A DNA stretch of 64,000 nt from Arcobacter sp. GTDB lineage: Bacteria; Acidobacteriota; Terriglobia; Bryobacterales; Bryobacteraceae. A program made the position numbers and the translations under genes. Position 1 is the first letter of the stretch. Each line of letters begins with the position of its first letter. This document shows, piece after piece, positions 58,256 to 64,000 of the stretch. The stretch spans positions 5,700-69,699 of the forward strand of contig DYJN01000016.1 of the NCBI GenBank assembly GCA_020723085.1. The letters run 5' to 3'. The notes beneath the pieces are model-generated. The model searched no databases. It was not told the DNA's origin and was given only the letters and a program-made list of their open reading frames with translations.

Positions 58256-58345
58256 GTCGGGAATCCCGCGGGATTGCGTTGAAACTACCATCGTACAATG
58301 GGGTGCAACGCGCGACGCGGCGGCCGCGTCCCGTTCATTGCCATC

Positions 58346-59311
58346 ATGAAGCCCGCGCTCACGCTCCTTCTCGCGGCGTCCCTTCACGCGGGCGATCTCT
58401 TGACCTACGGCCCCTCCGGCGCCTTGCGGAGCGTCTCCTCCGCCGCCGCCCTTCAGGCAGGCTTCCATCTGGTGAGCCGCGATGCGCTGCTCGGCGCCGC
58501 CTCCGCCGCGGTCCTCGATTCGGGCGGCAGCCTCCACCCCGTGCTCTTCATCAGCGGCGACGATCCCGATGCCGGCGTCGCCGAGATCTTCACCGGCCAT
58601 CAGGCCCCCGCCGGTCCCCCGCGCGCCCCGGAGCTCGGCAAGACCGTGCGCTGCGGCGGCGCCTCCGCCGCCGTCCGCTACGCCAAAGAGTCCGGCAGCT
58701 TCGGCTGGATCGCCCGCCTCGAATTCCCCGCCGGCGTCCACCCCGCTCCCGGAACGGTCCTCGATGAGCACGGGCGCCTCCTCGGGTGGCACGTCTCGAA
58801 AACCGTCGACGGCCAGACCATGCACTTCGCCATCCCCATCGCCCGCTTCGACTCCATCCACGCCTCCCTCCGCCTCACCCTGGTGAAATGGAACGCCGCC
58901 CAGGACCTGCGCGGCGAGCCGGAGCATCAGCGCGCCCTCGGCCATCTCTGGGCCGACGACTTCGATGGCGCCCGCTTCTACTTCCAGAAGGCCGTCGAAG
59001 CCCGCCCCTCCCACGCCCGCGCCTGGCTCCACCTCGGCTTCGTCGAAGGCAAGACCGGCCGCACCCGCCGCGCCATCGAGAGCTACGAAACCGCCATCCG
59101 GCTCGATCCCCGGCTCGCGCCTGCCTACTACCACCTCGGCTTTGCCTTGGTCATGGCGGGTGAGGGCGCGCGCGCCCGCACCGTCTGCGATCAACTCGCA
59201 AAACTCGACGCCGCCCTCGCCCGGAGGCTCCGCGGCTTCATCGACATCTCCCACGTCGACCGTGTCGAAAAAGACCCCGGCCGCGGCGGCGGCCTGCGCC
59301 ACAAGCACTGA
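58346..59311 (+). CDS. Secreted protein with N-terminal trypsin-fold-like region(?) and C-terminal TPR repeats
   Basis: 321 aa from MKPALTLLLAASLHAG. The C-terminal TPR-like pairs are ARFYFQKAVEARPSHARAWLHLGFV and AIESYETAIRLDPRLAPAYYHLGFAL. The N-terminal domain is unassigned. Confidence 0.65.
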   Translation: MKPALTLLLAASLHAGDLLTYGPSGALRSVSSAAALQAGFHLVSRDALLGAASAAVLDSGGSLHPVLFISGDDPDAGVAEIFTGHQAPAGPPRAPELGKTVRCGGASAAVRYAKESGSFGWIARLEFPAGVHPAPGTVLDEHGRLLGWHVSKTVDGQTMHFAIPIARFDSIHASLRLTLVKWNAAQDLRGEPEHQRALGHLWADDFDGARFYFQKAVEARPSHARAWLHLGFVEGKTGRTRRAIESYETAIRLDPRLAPAYYHLGFALVMAGEGARARTVCDQLAKLDAALARRLRGFIDISHVDRVEKDPGRGGGLRHKH

Positions 59312-59343
59312 ATCCCGCCCCTGCGGCCCGCCATTCGACAAAA

Positions 59344-59359
59344 TGGCACGCCATTTGCT
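59344..59359 (+). promoter_or_regulatory. Sigma-54 (-24/-12) promoter
   Basis: TGGCACG-CCAT-TTGCTA has the GG and GC dinucleotides separated by exactly 10 nt, matching TGGCACG-N4-TTGCW. It is intergenic and correctly oriented. The predicted start site near 59370 is followed by GAGGAA and ATG 59393. Confidence 0.6.
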
Positions 59360-59392
59360 ATGCTACTAGTGTCGAGGAATTTCCACCCCGCC

Positions 59393-59632
59393 ATGGCAGC
59401 CAAACCCCCCTTCGCCAAAGGCGCCCAGGTCGAGCACCCCAAGTACGGTCCCGGCCAGGTCGTCGAATGCAACGACACTTACATCACCATCAAGTTCGAC
59501 GAGCACGGCGAGAAGAAATTCGTTCTCGAAATCGCTCTGCCGTCCATCCGGAAAATCGACCGTCAGCCCCCGTCGGACAAGAAGCGCGCGGCCCGCAAGA
59601 AAGCCGCTGCGCCTGCCGCTGTCGCCGAGTAG
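59393..59632 (+). CDS. Small hypothetical protein (79 aa) with SH3/Tudor-like beta motif and basic tail
   Basis: MAAKPPFAKGAQVEHPKYGPGQVVECNDTYITIKFDEHGEKKFVL resembles the UvrD/PcrA C-terminal or DUF3553-type motif. The tail is Lys/Ala-rich. It lies 44 nt upstream of purQ. Confidence 0.6.
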   Translation: MAAKPPFAKGAQVEHPKYGPGQVVECNDTYITIKFDEHGEKKFVLEIALPSIRKIDRQPPSDKKRAARKKAAAPAAVAE

Positions 59633-59675
59633 TCACGGTCCGGCCGCCGGTCTGTTACACTGAGCTTTCCCTCCG

Positions 59676-60350
59676 ATGAAGTTCGGCGTCGTAGTCTTTC
59701 CCGGCAGCAACTGCGATCACGACGCCTGGCATGCCGCGGGCCGAGTGGCCGGCCACCAGGCGGAGTTCCTCTGGCACAACGATGACACGGTGCGCGGCGT
59801 CGACTGCGTCATCCTTCCCGGCGGCTTCAGCTATGGCGACTACCTCCGCTGTGGCGCTATCGCCAAGTTCTCCCCCGTCATGAACGCCGTCAAGCGGCAC
59901 GCCCGCTCGGGCGGTCTCGTGCTCGGCATCTGCAACGGCTTCCAGATCCTCGCCGAGTGCGGGCTCCTGCCCGGCGCGCTTATCCGCAACCGCGGCCTCA
60001 ACTTCATCTGCAAGCCTGTCCGGCTGCGCGTGGAAACGGCCGATTCCCCCTTTACCTGCGCTTACGAGCGGGGCCAGGAGACCGTCATCCCCATCGCCCA
60101 CGGCGAAGGCTGCTACGTCGCCGACGAGCCCACCCTCGATGAACTGGAAGCCGAAGACCGCGTCGCCTTCCGCTACCTCGACAATCCCAACGGCTCGTTG
60201 CGGGACATCGCCGGCATCCTCAACCGCGAACGCAACGTCCTGGGCATGATGCCCCATCCCGAGCGCGCCGTTGAGCCGCTGCTCGGCTCCGCCGGCGGGC
60301 TCGGCGTCTTTCAGTCACTCGCCCGCTGTTTCACCCAGCGCACCTGCTAA
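59676..60350 (+). CDS. purQ: Phosphoribosylformylglycinamidine synthase subunit PurQ (glutaminase)
   Basis: 224 aa. The motifs [28 protein letters not shown], the nucleophile-Cys segment GICNGFQIL, and MMPHPER are present. Confidence 0.95.
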   Translation: MKFGVVVFPGSNCDHDAWHAAGRVAGHQAEFLWHNDDTVRGVDCVILPGGFSYGDYLRCGAIAKFSPVMNAVKRHARSGGLVLGICNGFQILAECGLLPGALIRNRGLNFICKPVRLRVETADSPFTCAYERGQETVIPIAHGEGCYVADEPTLDELEAEDRVAFRYLDNPNGSLRDIAGILNRERNVLGMMPHPERAVEPLLGSAGGLGVFQSLARCFTQRTC

Positions 60351-60354
60351 TCCC

Positions 60355-62601
60355 ATGAGCGAAGTCACTCCCGAGATCGTCGCGGCGCACTCCATCACGC
60401 CCGGCGAATACCAGCGGATCGTCTCCATCCTCGGCCGCGAGCCCAATCTCGCCGAGCTCGGCATCTTCAGCGTCATGTGGAGCGAGCATTGCAGCTACAA
60501 GAGCTCCCGCGTCCACCTGAAGAAACTCCCCACCCGCGGCCGTTACGTCGTCCAGGGGCCCGGCGAAAACGCCGGCATCGTCACCCTCGGCCACGACGCC
60601 GAAGGCAACGAGTGGTGCATCGCCTTCAAGATCGAGTCCCACAACCACCCCAGCTTCATCGAGCCCTTCCAGGGCGCCGCCACCGGCGTCGGCGGCATCC
60701 TCCGCGACATCTTCACCATGGGCGCGCGCCCCATCGCCGTCATGGACGCCCTGCGTTTCGGCCCTCTCGATGACGAAACCGCCGGCCCGCGCAACCGCCG
60801 CATCCTCGACGGCGTCGTCCACGGCATCGCCCACTACGGCAACTGCTTCGGCGTCCCCACCGTGGGCGGCGAAACCATGTTCGAGCCCAGCTACAGCGGC
60901 AACCCCCTCATCAACGTCTTCGCCCTCGGCATCGCCCGCCGCGACAGGCTCTTTTACGGCCGCGCCTGCGGCGTCGGCAACCCCGTCATCTATGTTGGCG
61001 CCAAGACCGGCCGGGACGGCATTCACGGCGCCACCATGGCCTCCGGCGAATTCACCGAAGAGACCAAACAGAAGCGCCCCAACGTCCAGGTCGGCGACCC
61101 CTTCATGGAAAAGCTCCTGCTGGAAGCCTGCCTCGAAGCCATGGAAACCGGCGCTGTGGCGGGCATCCAGGATATGGGCGCCGCCGGCCTCACCTGCTCC
61201 ACCTGCGAAATGGGCAGCCGCGCCGGCACGGGCATCGAGATCGATCTCATGCACGTCCCGCAGCGCGAAACCGGCATGACCCCCTACGAGATCATGCTCA
61301 GCGAAAGCCAGGAGCGCATGCTTCTGGTCGCCCACCAGGGTCGTGAACAGGAGGTGCTCGGCGTCTTCCGCAAGTGGGGCCTCGACGCCCGCATCGTCGG
61401 CCATGTCACCGGCGACGGCATGATGCGCGTCAGGAACCACGGCGCCGTCGTCGCCGAGATCCCCGCCCGCCCCCTCGCCGACGAAGCCCCGCTCTACCAC
61501 CGCCCCTTCACGAAACCTCTGCGCGAAGCGCCGGTGGAGGCGCCCCCGTTCGCTTCTTCCGATCTCGCCGCCGATCTCTTCACGCTCGCCGCCTCCCAGG
61601 ATCTCTGCGACAAGCGGTGGATCTGGGAGCAGTACGACTTCATGGTCCGCACGAATACCGTCATCGGCCCCGGCGCCGATGCCGCCGTTCTCCGCATCAA
61701 AGAGACGGGCACGATGATCGCCATGGCTCTCGACGGCAACGGCCGCTACTGCTATCTCGATCCCCGCCAGGGCGTGCGCCTGCTCGTCGCCGAGTGCGCC
61801 CGCAACCTCGCCTGCGTCGGCGCCGAGCCGGTCGGCGCCACCAACAACCTCAACTTCGGCAATCCCGAGCGGCCCGAAATCATGGCCCAGATCGTCGAGG
61901 CCGTCGAGGGCATGGCCGAGGCCTGCGCCTTCTTCGAGACCCCCATCACCGGCGGCAACGTCAGCCTCTATAACGAAACCCTCGGCGAAGCCGTCTTCCC
62001 CACGCCCGTCATCGGCCTTGTGGGCGCCATGCCCCTGATCGAGCCGCCCGGCATCGGCTTCCGCGCTCCCGGCCGGGATCTTTACCTGATCGGCGGCATC
62101 GGCCACGCCGGCGAGACCCGCATGGGCGGCACCCAGTACGCCAAGCAGGTTCTCCGCGCCCTCTGGGGTTTCCCGCCGGAGATTGACTTCGAATTCGAAA
62201 AGCGCGTCCACTCGGCCGCCCGCGAGATGGCCCGCTCCGGCGCCGTCGAGTCCGCCCACGACTTGAGCGACGGCGGCCTCGCATGGTGCCTCGCCGAGTG
62301 CTCGTTCCCCTTCGAGATCGGCGCGCGCATCAGCCTCGACTCCAGCCTCCGCCCCGAACTGCTGCTGTTCCACGAAGGCCCCTCCCGCGTCCTCGTCTCC
62401 ACGCAGAAACCCGCCCTCGTCGAACAGATCGCCGCCCGCCACGGCGCGCCCGCCCTCCGCATCGGCGAAACCGGCGGCGGCGAACTCGTCCTCTCGAACC
62501 GCGGCTCGGAACTCCTCCGCGCCTCCGTGCGCGAACTGAAACAGCGCTGGTCAACGGCGCTCGAACAATGGCTCCATGCGGGGCAGGAGATCCATGCCTG
62601 A
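60355..62601 (+). CDS. purL: Phosphoribosylformylglycinamidine synthase subunit PurL (small type)
   Basis: 748 aa from [12 protein letters not shown].... The motifs [11 protein letters not shown] and [27 protein letters not shown] are present. ATG 60355 lies 4 nt after the purQ stop. Confidence 0.95.
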   Translation: MSEVTPEIVAAHSITPGEYQRIVSILGREPNLAELGIFSVMWSEHCSYKSSRVHLKKLPTRGRYVVQGPGENAGIVTLGHDAEGNEWCIAFKIESHNHPSFIEPFQGAATGVGGILRDIFTMGARPIAVMDALRFGPLDDETAGPRNRRILDGVVHGIAHYGNCFGVPTVGGETMFEPSYSGNPLINVFALGIARRDRLFYGRACGVGNPVIYVGAKTGRDGIHGATMASGEFTEETKQKRPNVQVGDPFMEKLLLEACLEAMETGAVAGIQDMGAAGLTCSTCEMGSRAGTGIEIDLMHVPQRETGMTPYEIMLSESQERMLLVAHQGREQEVLGVFRKWGLDARIVGHVTGDGMMRVRNHGAVVAEIPARPLADEAPLYHRPFTKPLREAPVEAPPFASSDLAADLFTLAASQDLCDKRWIWEQYDFMVRTNTVIGPGADAAVLRIKETGTMIAMALDGNGRYCYLDPRQGVRLLVAECARNLACVGAEPVGATNNLNFGNPERPEIMAQIVEAVEGMAEACAFFETPITGGNVSLYNETLGEAVFPTPVIGLVGAMPLIEPPGIGFRAPGRDLYLIGGIGHAGETRMGGTQYAKQVLRALWGFPPEIDFEFEKRVHSAAREMARSGAVESAHDLSDGGLAWCLAECSFPFEIGARISLDSSLRPELLLFHEGPSRVLVSTQKPALVEQIAARHGAPALRIGETGGGELVLSNRGSELLRASVRELKQRWSTALEQWLHAGQEIHA

Positions 62602-64000
62602 GCCTCCCGAGCTTCCCGCCCCCGACAAGCTCCACGAAGAGTGCGGCATCTTCGCCGTCTACGGCCACCCCGAGGCCTCCAGCCTCGCCCACCTCGGCCT
62701 CCACGCCCTCCAGCACCGCGGCCAGGAAAGCGCGGGCATCGCCTCGAGCGACGGCGCCATGGTCTATTGCCACAAGGACATGGGCCACGTCGCCGACATC
62801 TTCACCGCCGGCGTCCTGCGCCGCCTCCCCGGCCATATCGCCATCGGCCACACCCGCTACTCCACCGCCGGAGATACCGCGCTGCTCAACGCGCAGCCCT
62901 TCTCCGTCGCCTGCAGCAAGGGCCGCATCGCCGTCGCCCACAACGGCAACCTCACCAACGCCCCCGAGCTGCGCCGGCAATTGGAAAAAACCGGCTCCAT
63001 CTTCCAGGCCACCAGCGACACCGAAGTCATCCTCCACCTCGTCGCCCGCAGCGCCGAACGCACCCTCTCCGGCGCCCTGCGCGAGGCCCTGCTCATGATC
63101 GACGGCGCCTTCTCGCTCGTCTTCCTCGCCCAGGACCGCATCATCGTCGCCCGCGATCCGCACGGCTTCCGCCCCCTCGCCATCGGCCGCATGAACCTCC
63201 GCTCCGGTCCCGCCTACGTCTTCGCCAGCGAGACCTGCGCCTTCGACCTCATCGACGCATCCCACATCGGCGATGTCGAACCCGGCGAGATGGTCATCGC
63301 CGGTCCGCAGGGACTCGAGCGCGAGTTCTTCACCGTGCCCCAGCGCCGCGCCCAGTGCGTCTTCGAGCACGTTTACTTTTCGCGCCCCGACTCCGTCGTC
63401 TTCGGCCGCAGCGTCCAGTTCTCGCGCGAGATGATGGGCCGCCTGCTTGCTGCGGAAAAGCCCGTCGACGCCGATGTCGTCGTCCCCATCCCCGACTCCG
63501 GCGTCGCCGCCGCCCTCGGCTACTCAGCCGCTTCCGGCATCCCCTTCCGCCACGGGCTCATCCGCAACCATTACGTCGGCCGCACCTTCATCGAGCCTTC
63601 CCAGGCCATCCGCGACTTCGGCGTCCGCCTCAAGCTCAATCCCGTGCGCGAAATCCTCCGCGGCAGGAGCGTCGTCCTCGTCGACGACTCCATCGTCCGC
63701 GGCACCACATCCCAGAAGATCGTCCGCATGGTCCGCAACGCCGGCGCCCGCGAAGTCCACCTCCGCATCTCCTGCCCGCCCACCATGTCGCCCTGCTATT
63801 ACGGCGTCGACACGCCCACCAAGCGCGAACTGATCGCCGCCAACCAGTCCATCGAAGAGATCCGCCAGTTCATCGGCGCCGATACGCTCGCCTATCTTTC
63901 TCTGGAGAACCTCATGAAGTCGGTTGAGGACGATGGCCGGTCTTACTGCTACGCCTGCTACACGGGCCGTTACCCCACCGACATCGTCTCCGTCGGCGAC
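62594..64000 (+). CDS. purF: Amidophosphoribosyltransferase, 3'-truncated by the window end
   Basis: This gene is not in the ORF track because no stop falls inside the window. Reading from ATG 62594 gives [28 protein letters not shown]...[10 protein letters not shown]...AHNGNLTN...[10 protein letters not shown]. The ATG overlaps the purL end by 8 nt. The listed ORF 62641..63927 is a different, Arg/Pro-rich frame. Confidence 0.93.
   Translation, partial: MPEPPELPAPDKLHEECGIFAVYGHPEASSLAHLGLHALQHRGQESAGIASSDGAMVYCHKDMGHVADIFTAGVLRRLPGHIAIGHTRYSTAGDTALLNAQPFSVACSKGRIAVAHNGNLTNAPELRRQLEKTGSIFQATSDTEVILHLVARSAERTLSGALREALLMIDGAFSLVFLAQDRIIVARDPHGFRPLAIGRMNLRSGPAYVFASETCAFDLIDASHIGDVEPGEMVIAGPQGLEREFFTVPQRRAQCVFEHVYFSRPDSVVFGRSVQFSREMMGRLLAAEKPVDADVVVPIPDSGVAAALGYSAASGIPFRHGLIRNHYVGRTFIEPSQAIRDFGVRLKLNPVREILRGRSVVLVDDSIVRGTTSQKIVRMVRNAGAREVHLRISCPPTMSPCYYGVDTPTKRELIAANQSIEEIRQFIGADTLAYLSLENLMKSVEDDGRSYCYACYTGRYPTDIVSVGD

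Noticed and set aside
54887-58282. 1131-aa plus-strand ORF
   Set aside because: It is antisense to ileS and lspA. It is extremely Arg/Pro/His-rich, so it is a GC-driven artefact.
58256-59341. N-terminal 362-residue extension of the ileS ORF. Similar upstream extensions occur for gltA, icd, GH57, sigma, anti-sigma, MFS, Memo-AMMECR1, purL and the HDOD gene.
   Set aside because: The extensions are Gly/Ala/Arg-rich and overlap other well-supported genes or intergenic promoters. Internal ATG or GTG codons with SD motifs or stop/start overlaps give proteins with canonical N-termini.
62641-63927. 428-aa plus-strand ORF listed in the track, and the 346-aa minus-strand ORF 62330..63370
   Set aside because: Both are Arg/Pro-rich. 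The true gene here is purF in another plus frame starting at 62594, which translates into canonical PurF motifs.

Overview
Visibly high-GC bacterial chromosomal segment; GC was not computed. The gene content points to Acidobacteriota: a CarboxypepD_reg-type TonB-dependent receptor, a 'VWFA-related Acidobacterial domain' protein, and many Tat/Sec-signal hydrolases. This taxon call is inference from recalled family signatures; no search was run.

I support about 48 protein-coding genes.
- Housekeeping genes: gltA and icd (divergent), hup, tatA, comEC, pruA, nadE, rpsA, ileS-lspA, and purQ-purL-purF. purF is missing from the supplied ORF track because it runs off the 3' end.
- Regulators: an ECF sigma/anti-sigma pair, and a histidine kinase with an NtrC-type sigma-54 activator.
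- Envelope and glycan-related enzymes, many of them secreted.
- Several clusters of unknown function.

No rRNA, tRNA, CRISPR array, transposase, integrase or prophage signature was seen. Most long ORFs in the six-frame track are Arg/Pro/Ala-rich antisense or out-of-frame artefacts of high GC.

The loci most worth follow-up are:
1. A LexA/CI-like S24 self-cleaving peptidase with a non-canonical N-terminal domain, next to a VWFA-related protein.
2. A Spy/CpxP-like, S55 (SpoIVB-like) peptidase, split beta-propeller and sulfatase operon.
3. A near-consensus sigma-54 promoter driving a small non-PurS protein in the slot where purS normally sits, ahead of purQLF.
4. An AmmeMemoRadiSam locus with a fused Memo-AMMECR1 protein, at the end of a ~10 kb same-strand gene chain linked by repeated 4-nt stop/start overlaps.
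5. An ABC ATPase, 12-TM permease and secreted coiled-coil protein module.

All family calls rest on motifs read directly from the translations and on my memory of those families. None has been checked against a database.
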